DNA of 64,000 nucleotides from Phycisphaerae bacterium (GCA_035356615.1 DAOQSN010000013.1:28882-92881), one strand, 5' to 3'; shown: positions 8,755 through 18,187, counted from the stretch's first letter. Notes: generated from the letters alone by a model not told the origin. A program made the numbers and translations.

Positions 8755-11700
8755 ATGGGCGCGGCCACGCAACAACTCACCGACTACCTCGAACGTCTCC
8801 ACGAGTTGCGCCGGCATGGGGCGTCAGAGGACTCCATCCGTGACGGGTTCCTGAGCTTCCTGCGCGCCGCGTTTCCGCGGGTGGAGGAGGCCGAGCCGAT
8901 CGTGCTCGAGAAGCACATCCCGGGCCTGCGCGTGCGCGGCGGGTTCGCGGACGCCCTGTACGGCGACTTGATCCTGGAGTTCAAGCGGCGACTCGACGAG
9001 GTCGGCCGAGCGGACGGTCAGGCTGAACTTACCCGCTACATCACCAACCAGAGACACCCCGAACGATACCTTGGCGTCCTGACCGACGGGGAGACGCTCG
9101 AAGTCTATGGCCTCCGCGAGGGATCGCTGGGGAAGATCGACCAACTACGCCTGACCGCGTCCGACGCCGAGCGGGCGAGCCTCTGGCTCGACTGCTACCT
9201 GTTTCACGAGAAGAACCTGGTCCCCACCGCCAACGACGTTGCCCTGCGCTTCGGCGAGCGCAGCCCGAGCTTCTGGCGCACCCTGCGCGTGCTGGAGTCC
9301 CTCTGGCGACAGGCCGGCGCCGCGGCGCCCACGCAGACCAAGCTCGCCGAGTGGCAAAGCCTGCTCTCGATTGTCTACGGCTCCCGAGTCGGCGACGAGG
9401 ACCTCTTTCTGCGGCACACGTACCTCGCCTTGTTCGCTCGGGTGCTGGCATTCGTGGCGCTCGGACGCCGCGCCCCCGACGGCGACGCGCTGGCCGGGGT
9501 GGTGACCGGAGAGGTGTTCGAGCGGATGGGGCTGGAGAACTTCGTCGGGGATGATTTCTTCACCTGGGTCGACGCGCCCGAGTGTCGCCCGCGGACGTAC
9601 GGCATGCTGGCGGCCCTGGGTACGCGCCTGACGGTCGCCTACGACCTCAGCGCCATCAAGGAGGACCTGCTCAAGGAACTCTACCAGGAACTCGTTGATC
9701 CGGAGACCCGGCACGACCTCGGTGAGTTCTATACACCGGACTGGCTGGCGGAACTGACGCTGCGCGAGGCAGGCTTCCCCGGCCCCGGCGGTGCGTCGGA
9801 CGGCGTGCCCTCGCTGCTGGACCCCGCCTGCGGGTCCGGTACGTTCCTTTTCACGGCCATTCGCCTGCTGCGCGAGTCCGGACGCGACGGCGCCGCCCTG
9901 GCGGACTTCTGCGCCCACCACCTCGCCGGGCTCGATGTCCACCCCCTGGCCGTCATCATCGCCAAGACGAACCTGGTGCTGGCGCTGGGCGACGACCTCT
10001 CGCGGTTCCAGCAGGTGTTCACACTGCCGATCTTCATGGCCAACACGTTGGGTCTTGAGTTGCCTCGCATGCAAGCCGCCCCGGAGGGGCGACCCATTCG
10101 CGTCCCCATCGACCTGGACGCCCTGGTGAAGCGTTCCGGCAAGTCGCGGCCCCGGATCGCGCCTGAGTTCCATATCCCACCCGCACCACCCGAACGGGCC
10201 GAAGTGCTCCACCAACTTGTCGACCACATTGTGGGCCTGGGAGACCCGGGCGTGGAGGAGAAGGACGCGCTCGCGGGGCTCGATGAACGATTGAACGAAC
10301 TTACGGTCCCTCCGGCACACCGCCACTTCTGGCGCGACAATCTGCGTCTGATGCGCTGGCTTCTCGAACCGCCGGCTACGGACAGCGTTTGGCGGTTCAT
10401 CCTGAAGAACGCCTACCAGCCCGAACTGCTGGCCCGCCGGAAGTTCGCCTTTGTGGTCGGGAATCCACCCTGGCTCTCCTACCGTTACATCGAGCGCCGC
10501 GACTACCAGCAACGAGTGCGGGAACTGGTGTTCTTCTATGAGCTGTTGGGGAAACGCCAGGCCCACCTCTTCACGCACATGGAGCTGGCCACCGTGTTCT
10601 TCGCCCTCGGTGCCGAGCGCTTCCTGGCCGAGCGCGGCACGCTCGCGTTCGTCATGCCGCGGAGCATCATAACCGGCGCGAAGCAACACGTCGCCTTCGC
10701 CGATCGCTACCTGCGATGCGCACGGCTCATCGTTGACTGCGAACGCGTGGCCCCGCTGTTCCACGTTCCGGCATGCGCGGTAATCTGGGAGCGAACACGG
10801 ACCGCGCGTGGCAAGGACGCCGGGCGGGGGGCCCCGACCGTTCGGCTCCAGGGTGAGTTCCCCGTTCGCAACGCCTCGCTTGCCCAGGCAATGAAACACC
10901 TGGAACGCTCGGAAGGCGTCCACCATCCACCGGGCAGTACAGCGCCGAGCCCTTACTGGGAGCAAGTCACCCAAGGGGCGAGCATCGTTCCCCGCTGCCT
11001 CTGGTTCGTTTGCCCGCCCGCGACGGCGCGGCTTGTTGACAAGCGGCGTCCCTACCTGCAGACCGACTCGACGATTGAGCGCCAAGCCAAGCCGGCGTGG
11101 AAGGGCAAGCACGTCGAGGGCCCCGTCGAGGCGGACTTCCTCTACGCTACGTTGCTGTCGGACCACATGGTACCCTTCGGCTGGCGCCGTCTGTCCGTGG
11201 TAGTCCTGCCACTTGGAGAGAACGCCGATGGCGAGCGCCGGTTGCTCGATTCAGATGCAGCGGTCCGACTCGGGAAGCTGGGGCTCGCCGACTGGCTGCG
11301 CGCCGCGGCCGGACTCTGGGCGAAGCACGGGAAACACAGTCAGCGCATTCGGTCGGTTTCCGACAGGCTCGACTTCGGACGCTGCTTGACCCGGCAGCGC
11401 CCGTCCGGCGTTCTCAAGCTGCTGTACAACACCAGCGGGACACATCTGTGCGCCTGCCTCGTGGACGCCCGGTCGGAGTATCCGAAGACGATCTCTGGCT
11501 TGCCGGTTGGTGGGTTTGTTGCGCAGCATACAACCTACTGGTATGAGAGTGTGAAACCCAACGAAGCGCACTTCCTTTGCGCGGTGCTCAATGCCGCCAC
11601 GGTGGACAGGGTCATCAAGCCCTTGCAGGCCAAAGGCGCGTTTGGGGCGCAACACGGGGGCGGTGAGCGACACATCTGCCGACTGCCGTTCGAGGTTCTG

Positions 11701-11928
11701 CCAATTCCGGAGTTCTCGGGGAGCGACGGTCGGCACCGCGAATTGGCGAAGCTCAGCCGGCGCTGCCACGACCTGGTAGGCAGGTTCCTCGCGGAGCCGG
11801 ACGAGAAGACCATGAGTATGCCGATTGGGCGCCTGCGCACCCAGATTCGTCGGGAAGTGATCGCCGACGAACTCGCTCGAATCGACGCCCTGGTGGTGGA
11901 GTTGTTGGCCGAGCCCCCGGCCTCCTGA
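8755..11928 (+). CDS. MmeI-like type IIG/IIL single-chain restriction-modification enzyme (N6-adenine methyltransferase with an N-terminal PD-ExK-like motif)
   Basis: The N-terminal GFADALYGDLILEFK (D-x8-E-x-K) parallels MmeI GFVDLFWPGILLIEMK. The methyltransferase motifs are FYTPDWLAE, motif I LDPACGSGTFLF and motif IV VVGNPPWLSY. About 450 aa of C-terminal TRD-like region follow. Confidence 0.75.
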   Translation: MGAATQQLTDYLERLHELRRHGASEDSIRDGFLSFLRAAFPRVEEAEPIVLEKHIPGLRVRGGFADALYGDLILEFKRRLDEVGRADGQAELTRYITNQRHPERYLGVLTDGETLEVYGLREGSLGKIDQLRLTASDAERASLWLDCYLFHEKNLVPTANDVALRFGERSPSFWRTLRVLESLWRQAGAAAPTQTKLAEWQSLLSIVYGSRVGDEDLFLRHTYLALFARVLAFVALGRRAPDGDALAGVVTGEVFERMGLENFVGDDFFTWVDAPECRPRTYGMLAALGTRLTVAYDLSAIKEDLLKELYQELVDPETRHDLGEFYTPDWLAELTLREAGFPGPGGASDGVPSLLDPACGSGTFLFTAIRLLRESGRDGAALADFCAHHLAGLDVHPLAVIIAKTNLVLALGDDLSRFQQVFTLPIFMANTLGLELPRMQAAPEGRPIRVPIDLDALVKRSGKSRPRIAPEFHIPPAPPERAEVLHQLVDHIVGLGDPGVEEKDALAGLDERLNELTVPPAHRHFWRDNLRLMRWLLEPPATDSVWRFILKNAYQPELLARRKFAFVVGNPPWLSYRYIERRDYQQRVRELVFFYELLGKRQAHLFTHMELATVFFALGAERFLAERGTLAFVMPRSIITGAKQHVAFADRYLRCARLIVDCERVAPLFHVPACAVIWERTRTARGKDAGRGAPTVRLQGEFPVRNASLAQAMKHLERSEGVHHPPGSTAPSPYWEQVTQGASIVPRCLWFVCPPATARLVDKRRPYLQTDSTIERQAKPAWKGKHVEGPVEADFLYATLLSDHMVPFGWRRLSVVVLPLGENADGERRLLDSDAAVRLGKLGLADWLRAAAGLWAKHGKHSQRIRSVSDRLDFGRCLTRQRPSGVLKLLYNTSGTHLCACLVDARSEYPKTISGLPVGGFVAQHTTYWYESVKPNEAHFLCAVLNAATVDRVIKPLQAKGAFGAQHGGGERHICRLPFEVLPIPEFSGSDGRHRELAKLSRRCHDLVGRFLAEPDEKTMSMPIGRLRTQIRREVIADELARIDALVVELLAEPPAS

Positions 11929-11969
11929 CGGTCCCTCGCCTTGCGCCGAACAGTGGCGCCCGCGAGCCG

Positions 11970-12005
11970 CCCCTCGCCTCGCGGGAGACGGGCAGGGGTG
12001 AGGGC
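11970..12005. repeat. R2 hairpin repeat copy
   Basis: The sequence cccctcgcctcgcgggagacgggcaggggtgagggc lies directly after the methyltransferase stop codon. Confidence 0.75.
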
Positions 12006-12062
12006 AAAGGTGCTCCGCTGAGGCACCACTCCCCGCCCGTCGCGCAGGAGGCGCTGAGCACG

Positions 12063-12122
12063 CACGGGCGGGACGCCCGGGCCACGAGAGAAGGTTGCCA
12101 CGGGCGGGACGCCCGGGCCACG
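12063..12122. repeat. Two direct copies of the 24-nt unit cacgggcgggacgcccgggccacg (family R5), period 36 nt
   Basis: Copies are at 12063..12086 and 12099..12122. Each is an internal palindrome, and a related copy lies at 59831..59859. Confidence 0.8.
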
Positions 12123-12156
12123 GGGCGGAGCGGCTGGTGAATCCGGAGAGCGACGC

Positions 12157-13170
12157 GTGGGCGCTGAGGTCGGCACGTTCCTGAGCGTAAAGGGGGTCCG
12201 GTTCGGGTATCCGGCGGGGCCGGAGTTCCTGGGACCCATCGACCTGCGCTTGGGGCGGGGTGAATGCTGGGCGATCGTCGGGCCCAACGGCGCGGGCAAG
12301 AGCACGCTGCTGCGTCTGCTGGCCGGGCTGCTGCGGCCGCGGCGGGGTACGATCGAGCTGGAAGGCGCGGCATTGGCGGCCCTGTCCGCGCGGGAGCGTG
12401 CCCGGCGGGTGGCGCTGATCCCGCAGCAGGTACGCAGCGACATCGAGGACACGGCCCGCGGACTGGTGCTGCTGGGGCGGTTTCCGCATCGCTCGTTCGG
12501 GCTCTTCGAGACGGCACACGACCTGGCCGTCGCGGAACGCGCGTTGGCGCTGACGGAGACGCTGGACTTCGCCGAGCGTCCTTTGTGCACGCTCTCGGGC
12601 GGTGAGGCGCAGCGCGTGCACGTGGCGGCCGCCCTGGCGCAGGAGCCGCGGCTGCTGCTGGCCGATGAGCCCACGGCGTCGCTCGACGTGCAGCATCAAC
12701 TCACAATCTTCCGGATTCTGCGGGGGCAGGCGGTGCGGGAAGGCGTTACGGTGGTGGTGGTGACGCATGATGTCAATCTGGCGGCGCAGTTTTGCACGCA
12801 CGTGCTGGTGCTTGATAACGGACGGATTGTCGCCTGTGGCCCGCCGGCGGAGGTGGTTCGCGCGCAGGTGCTGAGTCCCATCTACAACACGCCGCTGGTG
12901 GAGGCGTGTGCGCCGGAGGCACCGGCCGTGTGCTGGGTGGTGCCGCATGTCCTCGCAGGTGAGCAGGTTGGTGACCAGTCTCCCCGGTGCGGCCCCCTCA
13001 CCCCGCCCCCTCCCCCGATGGGGGAGAGGGGTCTTGAAACGGCGCCTGAGAGCGTGAGGCGCCCCTCGGTTCATCAGTCCCCCAGGTCTAAAGACCTGGG
13101 CCACCCGCGGGACGACTTGGGCCACCCACGGGACGACCTGGGCCACCCCAAGGGAGGTGGCCGGGGATGA
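12157..13170 (+). CDS. ABC transporter ATP-binding protein, iron-chelate/cobalamin (FecE/BtuD-like) type, with a repeat-derived C-terminal tail
   Basis: It carries Walker A GPNGAGKSTLLRLLAG, signature LSGGEAQRV, Walker B LLLADEPTASLD and H-loop VVVVTHD. The last ~70 aa read through an R2 element and a 3 x 21-nt repeat. Confidence 0.85.
   Translation: MGAEVGTFLSVKGVRFGYPAGPEFLGPIDLRLGRGECWAIVGPNGAGKSTLLRLLAGLLRPRRGTIELEGAALAALSARERARRVALIPQQVRSDIEDTARGLVLLGRFPHRSFGLFETAHDLAVAERALALTETLDFAERPLCTLSGGEAQRVHVAAALAQEPRLLLADEPTASLDVQHQLTIFRILRGQAVREGVTVVVVTHDVNLAAQFCTHVLVLDNGRIVACGPPAEVVRAQVLSPIYNTPLVEACAPEAPAVCWVVPHVLAGEQVGDQSPRCGPLTPPPPPMGERGLETAPESVRRPSVHQSPRSKDLGHPRDDLGHPRDDLGHPKGGGRG
12992..13032. 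repeat. R2 hairpin repeat copy (inverted orientation) inside the ATPase ORF tail
   Basis: The sequence gccccctcaccccgccccctcccccgatgggggagaggggt translates as PLTPPPPPMGERG. Confidence 0.75.
13094..13156. repeat. 3 x 21-nt tandem repeat (gacctgggccacccgcgggac)
   Basis: Units are at 13094..13114, 13115..13135 and 13136..13156, translated as DLGHPRD x3 at the end of the ATPase ORF. Confidence 0.85.
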
Positions 13171-14327
13171 AAGTGATGTCGGCCGGGGGATATGCGTGGC
13201 GAGTGGGACTTTGCGGAGTGTGCCTGGCCGGTCTGCTGGTGCTCAGTCCGGGGATCGGCGTGACCAGCGCGTCGTTCGGCTGGGTCGATGCGTGGCGGGC
13301 GCGGCTTGGGTTGCCGATCGCCACGGAGGAACTTGCGGATCGGCCGCTGGTGGACGTGGACGGCGATGGGCAAGTCTCGGCCGCGGAGCTGACCGACTAT
13401 GCCGACGTGGCCCGCTACATCGGCTTCGAGCTGCGTTTCGCGCGGAGCCTGCTTGCGCTGCAAGTGGGGATCACGCTGGCGTTGTGCGGGGCGACGTTTC
13501 AGACGCTGTTCCGCAATCCGCTGGCGACGCCGTACACACTGGGGATCGCCAGCGGCGGAGCGTTAGGGGCGCTCATCGCCATCAAGGCCGGCTGGGAGTT
13601 GTCAGTGTGGGGTGTCTCGAGCACGGCCCTGTGCGCCTTCGTCGGCGGGCTCGGGGTCGTGGGGGCGGTGCTGTGGCTGGCGCGCGGCGCGCGCGGGCTG
13701 ACCTCCAACGAGATGCTGCTGGCGGGCGTGACGATGGGGTTGTTCTGCTCGGCCATGATGATGGTGGTGACCGTTCTGGCCGACGAACGACAGGTCTTCG
13801 AGGTCATCCGCTGGATGATGGGTTCGCTCGACGCGATCTCCACGACACGCAGCGCAATGCTCTGGCCGTTCATTCTGCCAGCGTGGGTCGTGCTGATCGT
13901 CAGCGCTCGGGCGCTCGATCAGTACCGCCTGGGGGATGAGTTGGCGACCACGCGCGGGGTCAACGTGCGCCGGTTGCAGATTGGGTGCGTGCTGGTGGCG
14001 ACGTTGGCGGTAGCGGCGGTGGCGGCCGTGTGCGGGCCGATCGGATTTGTGGGGCTGGTCGTGCCGCACATCGCGGCGTTGCTGTTCGGGTCGGACCGGC
14101 GGGTGGTGCTGCCGGCGTCGGCGCTGCTGGGGGGGGCGTTCCTGATCGTGTGCGATTGGGGTGCGCAGTTGGCGATGACGGCGGCCGGGGCGGTCACCGG
14201 GCGGGAGTTGGGCGGAACCGTGCTTCCGGTGGGGGTGGTGACGGCCGCGGTGGGCGTGCCGGTGTTCCTGGTGCTGCTGCGGGCACGGCGGGGTCGCGGC
14301 GGGCAGAGCCCGCCCTACGGACGGTGA
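13167..14327 (+). CDS. FecCD/BtuC-family ABC transporter permease with an EF-hand-like loop insertion
   Basis: The family core reads FELRFARSLLALQVGITLALCGATFQTLFRNPLATPYTLGIASGG and is followed by many TM segments. Its ATG overlaps the upstream stop (ATGA). The inserted DVDGDGQVSAAE is a canonical DxDxDG...E loop. Confidence 0.85.
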   Translation: MKVMSAGGYAWRVGLCGVCLAGLLVLSPGIGVTSASFGWVDAWRARLGLPIATEELADRPLVDVDGDGQVSAAELTDYADVARYIGFELRFARSLLALQVGITLALCGATFQTLFRNPLATPYTLGIASGGALGALIAIKAGWELSVWGVSSTALCAFVGGLGVVGAVLWLARGARGLTSNEMLLAGVTMGLFCSAMMMVVTVLADERQVFEVIRWMMGSLDAISTTRSAMLWPFILPAWVVLIVSARALDQYRLGDELATTRGVNVRRLQIGCVLVATLAVAAVAAVCGPIGFVGLVVPHIAALLFGSDRRVVLPASALLGGAFLIVCDWGAQLAMTAAGAVTGRELGGTVLPVGVVTAAVGVPVFLVLLRARRGRGGQSPPYGR

Positions 14328-14432
14328 TGCGTAGGGCGTGGTTGTTGGACCGGCGGCCCGCTTACGCGTTCAGCGCTTCCCGGTGTTGCGGAGACGCATG
14401 CCTGGGCATCGGGGAGCGTCTTCACCACCGCA

Positions 14433-14470
14433 GCCCTCACACCTACCCCTCTTACGGGGGGAGAGGGGTT
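14433..14470. repeat. R2 hairpin repeat copy
   Basis: The sequence is gccctcacacctacccctcttacggggggagaggggtt. Confidence 0.75.
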
Positions 14471-14668
14471 CAGGCCCCGTGCGGGTTGGCTTGACCCGTA
14501 GGTGGCGTCCCCGTCCAATAGGGTGCCGCCGGGTTTGGTGAACCTCAGAAGCGGATCGCGCGCCCGCCGGAGGCGGCTCGCTTGCCCCCTGGACGCGGGT
14601 CGCTCACGCGCCGGGAACGGGTCGTCTGTCTGTACGAGGCGGGTCGGTTGGCTGCCGGAGTCGGTTGC

Positions 14669-14929
14669 ATGGCCGAATGCGCTGGCGAATCCGGGTTTCC
14701 CCTGACGCCCGAGCACAGGCTGCTGTTGCAGATTCGTGATACGCTTTACGAGGGAAACTGGGAAGACTTCGTGCACGACCTGCGGGCCCGGCTGAACGAC
14801 GAACCGCACGTATTCGAGATCGTGCCACCCTCGCCCGCCATGAAGGCGACGATTGCGGGTCACTTGGCCTTGATCGAGGAGATGGCGGCCTGGGAGCGTG
14901 ACCACGACGTAGTACTGAAGCCTGGGTGA
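14669..14929 (+). CDS. Small hypothetical protein (86 aa)
   Basis: ORF 14582..14929 was trimmed to the ATG at 14669 (MAECAGESGFPLTPEHRLLLQIRDTLYEGNWEDF...). The composition is non-repetitive, and I recognise no family. Confidence 0.4.
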   Translation: MAECAGESGFPLTPEHRLLLQIRDTLYEGNWEDFVHDLRARLNDEPHVFEIVPPSPAMKATIAGHLALIEEMAAWERDHDVVLKPG

Positions 14930-15158
14930 GGTTGGCCGGAGGGGCGGGGTCGATTACACTGACGCCCGTGACGGGAGCCGCCTGGGGAACAAGCCAGGAG
15001 GAGCGGGGGGGCTGGGAAACGGTGCGTCGGGGGTATTCCCCGTCGGCCACGGGGGGGGCGACGCGACTTCGGGTCAGTAAGCTGCGGCCGGGGCGGTGCA
15101 AGACGCGGTAGGCCCTGCCGGGCGGCGGGGCGGTGGGTTCCTCGCGGAGAATGCGGGC

Positions 15159-16433
15159 ATGAAGTGGGCAGTTGGGCTAGTGGGGGCCGGCGTGGCGGCG
15201 GTGGTGCTGGTCGGGTTGGGCGGTTGCGGGCGACCACACCCCGGCGCCGGCGTGACGCACAGGGAGCAGATTGAGTCGGCGGCGTATCGCACGCAGTGGG
15301 CGACGCGGGCACCCGTGCGCCGCGGCGATGCCGTGAAGAGCTGCTACCTGGTGGATGACAACCTCTACGTGCTTACGCACGGCGGGGATGTGTTTGCCCT
15401 GCACGCGGAGCACGGCCTGCTGCGCTGGGGTGCCAGCCTGACGGAACGAGACTACACGGTCTACCCGCCGACACACCTGCAGACGCCGGATGGCCACGGG
15501 CCGGTGCTGTTCGTGACGACCACTCGGCTGTGGGTGCTGGACCGATACTCCGGCGACGTGCTGCTGTCGGTGCCCACGCCGTTTCCGCCCAGTGGCAGCG
15601 GGGTCGGCGACGAGCGTCGGCTGTACCTGGGCAGCACGGACGGGCACGTGTACTCACTGGCCTGGAAGCACGCCCTGGGTACGGAACCCAAGGAGCGATG
15701 GCGGGTGATGGTGGGTAGTCCCGTGGCCGGCGGACTGGTGTGGCAGGCCCCGGACGATCTGTATTTTGCCACGCAGACGGGGGCGGTGGTGCGTTGCGGG
15801 GCACGCCAGAAGTCGTTCGGCTGGGTGCAGCGCGTGGGAGGCAACGTGGTGGCGGACGTCTTCGTGGATGACACGGGCGTCTACGCGGCCAGCCTCGACC
15901 GTTCGCTGTATCGGCTCGAAGAGGCAAGCGGGGCGGTCCTGTGGCGGTGTCGGTTTGCGGACCCGTTGCGCAGCAGCCCGGTGACCGTGCACGAGACGTG
16001 CTACCAGTTCAACGAACGCGACGGACTGAGCGCCGTGGACATCAACACGGGGCTGGTTCGGTGGCAACGAGGTGACGGCTTGAGCGTGGTCGGCGCAGCT
16101 CCGGGCGAGGTCGTGGTACGCACGTCGGGCGGGGCGATTGAGGTGCTCGACGCGGCCACCGGGGCGACGCAGCGCGGGTTTGACGCGTCGGACGCGCGGG
16201 TGGCGGCGTGCAACCTGCGCGACTCGGCCGTCTATCTGGCCGCGGGTGACGGACGGGTGGAGTGTCTGCGTCCCGAGGGGGTGCCGTACCTGCGGCAGCA
16301 GGAAGTGGCGGCCTCGCGGGCCCAGCTTAACCGGGCCCCGCGCGGGACGGACGAGCTGATCGCTCCGCCGCCCGCGCTGCCGCCGGCACACGATGCCGAT
16401 CCGTTGCGCAGTTCCGTGGATCGCCGGCCGTAG
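15159..16433 (+). CDS. PQQ-like beta-propeller repeat lipoprotein (BamB-like fold)
   Basis: The ATG at 15159 gives MKWAVGLVGAGVAAVVLVGLGGCG, a signal peptide plus lipobox. The repeated blades end in ...G.VFAL....G.LLW / LYRLEEASGAVLWR / LSAVDINTGLVRWQ. Confidence 0.7.
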   Translation: MKWAVGLVGAGVAAVVLVGLGGCGRPHPGAGVTHREQIESAAYRTQWATRAPVRRGDAVKSCYLVDDNLYVLTHGGDVFALHAEHGLLRWGASLTERDYTVYPPTHLQTPDGHGPVLFVTTTRLWVLDRYSGDVLLSVPTPFPPSGSGVGDERRLYLGSTDGHVYSLAWKHALGTEPKERWRVMVGSPVAGGLVWQAPDDLYFATQTGAVVRCGARQKSFGWVQRVGGNVVADVFVDDTGVYAASLDRSLYRLEEASGAVLWRCRFADPLRSSPVTVHETCYQFNERDGLSAVDINTGLVRWQRGDGLSVVGAAPGEVVVRTSGGAIEVLDAATGATQRGFDASDARVAACNLRDSAVYLAAGDGRVECLRPEGVPYLRQQEVAASRAQLNRAPRGTDELIAPPPALPPAHDADPLRSSVDRRP

Positions 16434-16471
16434 AGCGGCTCGGTTGCTAATCAGGAGAGGCCCCCAGGCTC

Positions 16472-18187
16472 ATGACTCATCCCCAAGTACGGCGGGCGTT
16501 GCTGAGCACCTATGACAAATCGGGCATCGTGGAGTTCGCCCGAACCCTGAGCGTGGACTTCGGCGTGGAGCTGATCGCCACGGGCGGTACCGCGCGCCTG
16601 CTGAAGCAGCACCGGTTGCCGGTGACGCTGGTGGAGCAGATCACGGGTTTCCCGGAGATGCTGGACGGGCGGGTCAAGACGCTGCATCCGAAGATCCACG
16701 CGGGCATCCTGGCCGACCGTGACAACCCGGAGCACCTGCGGCAGCTTGAGGCCGCGGACGTCGTGCCGATCGACCTGGTGGTCGTCGATCTTTATCCGTT
16801 CGAGGAAGCAGTCGCGCAGCCGGGCTGCTCGCCGGCGACGGCCATTGAGATGATCGACATCGGGGGTCCGTGCATGCTGCGGGCGGCCGCCAAGAACCAC
16901 CGGCACGTGCTGGTGGCATCCGACGCGCACGGGCGGGAGCTGTGCCTGGCGTACCTGCGCGGCGAAGTACCGGGCGACGAGCTGACGTTGCGGCAGGAGC
17001 TGGCCGCGTTGGCGTTCAACCGCACGGAGGAATACGACGCGGCCGTCTGCACCTACCTGACCGAAGCGGCCCTGGGGCGACAGCCGGCGGCGCCGGGCGA
17101 GAGTGAAGAAGCGCCGTTTCTTACCGAGAAGGGGCAGGGGCTCATCCAGGTGCTGGAGGAGTCGCAGCCGCTGCGTTACGGCGAGAACCCGCATCAGCAG
17201 GCGGCCTACCTGGCGCTGTGCGGAGCCGAACTGGTGGGCGTGGCCCCCGCGTCTCAGGTCGCGGGCGACGAGGTGTCCTTCAACAACCTCGCCGACGCGG
17301 ACGCCGCCCTGCGGCTGGCTACGGAGCTTGCCTGCGCGGGCCGTGGCCTGCTCGGTGAGGAGGAAGGCCCGCCGCCGTCTGTCTGCGTGTTCATCAAGCA
17401 CGGCAACGCCTGCGGCGCGGGCGTGGCGGACGACCCGGTCGAGGCGTATCGCCGGGCGTATCTGGGTGATCCCAATGCGGCCATGGGCGGCGTATTGGCG
17501 TGCAACTTCGCCGTCGACGCCCAGTTCGCCGCGGCAGTGATGGATTCCTACGATCGCTGGGGCAAGGCGGCCGGCGCGGGCGGGTTCTTCGTGGAGGTGT
17601 GGGTAGCCCCGGCCTTCGACGACCATGCTCTTGGTCACGTCCGCGATGCGAAGAAATGGGGCCGCAAGGCCCGCCTGCTGGCGGTCGGCGACCTCGACAC
17701 GGAGTCCGAGTCGGCCGAGCTCGATTGCCGCCAGCTTACCGGCGGCATGCTCGTGCAGACGCCCGACCTGGTCGGACTCAACGAAGATGAGTGGAAGCTG
17801 GTGACGGATCGCCCGCCCACCGCGCGGGAGCTGGCGGACCTGCGGCTGGCGTGGCTGATCTGCAAACACACGCGCAGCAACGCGATCACTCTGTGTAGAG
17901 ATGGCATGCTCATCGGCAACGGCGCGGGGCAGATGTCGCGGGTGATGAGCTGTCGGATCGCCACCTGGCTGGCGCAGGAGAATGGGCATGCGGAGCGGCT
18001 GGGCGGGGCGGCCGCGGCCTCCGACGCCTTCTTCCCCTTCCGGGACGGTCCCGACCTGCTGCTGGCGGCCGGCGTTACCGCCTTCATCCAGCCCGGCGGC
18101 TCCAAGCGCGACGCCGACACGGTAGCCTCCTGCAAAGAGCGCGGGGCGGCGATGATCTTCACCGGCACGCGGCACTTCCGGCATTGA
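16472..18187 (+). CDS. purH: Bifunctional AICAR transformylase / IMP cyclohydrolase
   Basis: RALLSTYDKSGIVEFAR, ATGGTARLL, KTLHPKIHAGIL, VVVDLYPFEE and C-terminal SDAFFPFRDG...IQPGGSKRD all match PurH. Confidence 0.93.
   Translation: MTHPQVRRALLSTYDKSGIVEFARTLSVDFGVELIATGGTARLLKQHRLPVTLVEQITGFPEMLDGRVKTLHPKIHAGILADRDNPEHLRQLEAADVVPIDLVVVDLYPFEEAVAQPGCSPATAIEMIDIGGPCMLRAAAKNHRHVLVASDAHGRELCLAYLRGEVPGDELTLRQELAALAFNRTEEYDAAVCTYLTEAALGRQPAAPGESEEAPFLTEKGQGLIQVLEESQPLRYGENPHQQAAYLALCGAELVGVAPASQVAGDEVSFNNLADADAALRLATELACAGRGLLGEEEGPPPSVCVFIKHGNACGAGVADDPVEAYRRAYLGDPNAAMGGVLACNFAVDAQFAAAVMDSYDRWGKAAGAGGFFVEVWVAPAFDDHALGHVRDAKKWGRKARLLAVGDLDTESESAELDCRQLTGGMLVQTPDLVGLNEDEWKLVTDRPPTARELADLRLAWLICKHTRSNAITLCRDGMLIGNGAGQMSRVMSCRIATWLAQENGHAERLGGAAAASDAFFPFRDGPDLLLAAGVTAFIQPGGSKRDADTVASCKERGAAMIFTGTRHFRH

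Noticed and set aside
9145-11166. Very long antisense ORFs. Examples are 9145..11166(-) of 673 aa, 16451..18415(-) of 654 aa, 28862..30856(-) of 664 aa and 11251..13146(-) of 631 aa. Further examples are 23805..25586(+) of 593 aa, 38055..39953(+) of 632 aa and 57780..59333(-) of 517 aa.
   Set aside because: Each lies opposite a gene with clear family motifs. Their translations are Arg/Pro/Gly/His-rich with no recognisable motifs, which is the usual shadow-ORF artefact of high-GC DNA.
8755-11928. BREX PglX or a type I HsdM interpretation of the large methyltransferase.
   Set aside because: No brxA/B/C, pglZ, brxL, hsdS or hsdR genes are adjacent. The N-terminal D-x8-E-x-K segment aligns well with the MmeI nuclease motif, so a single-chain type IIL/IIG enzyme is the simpler call.
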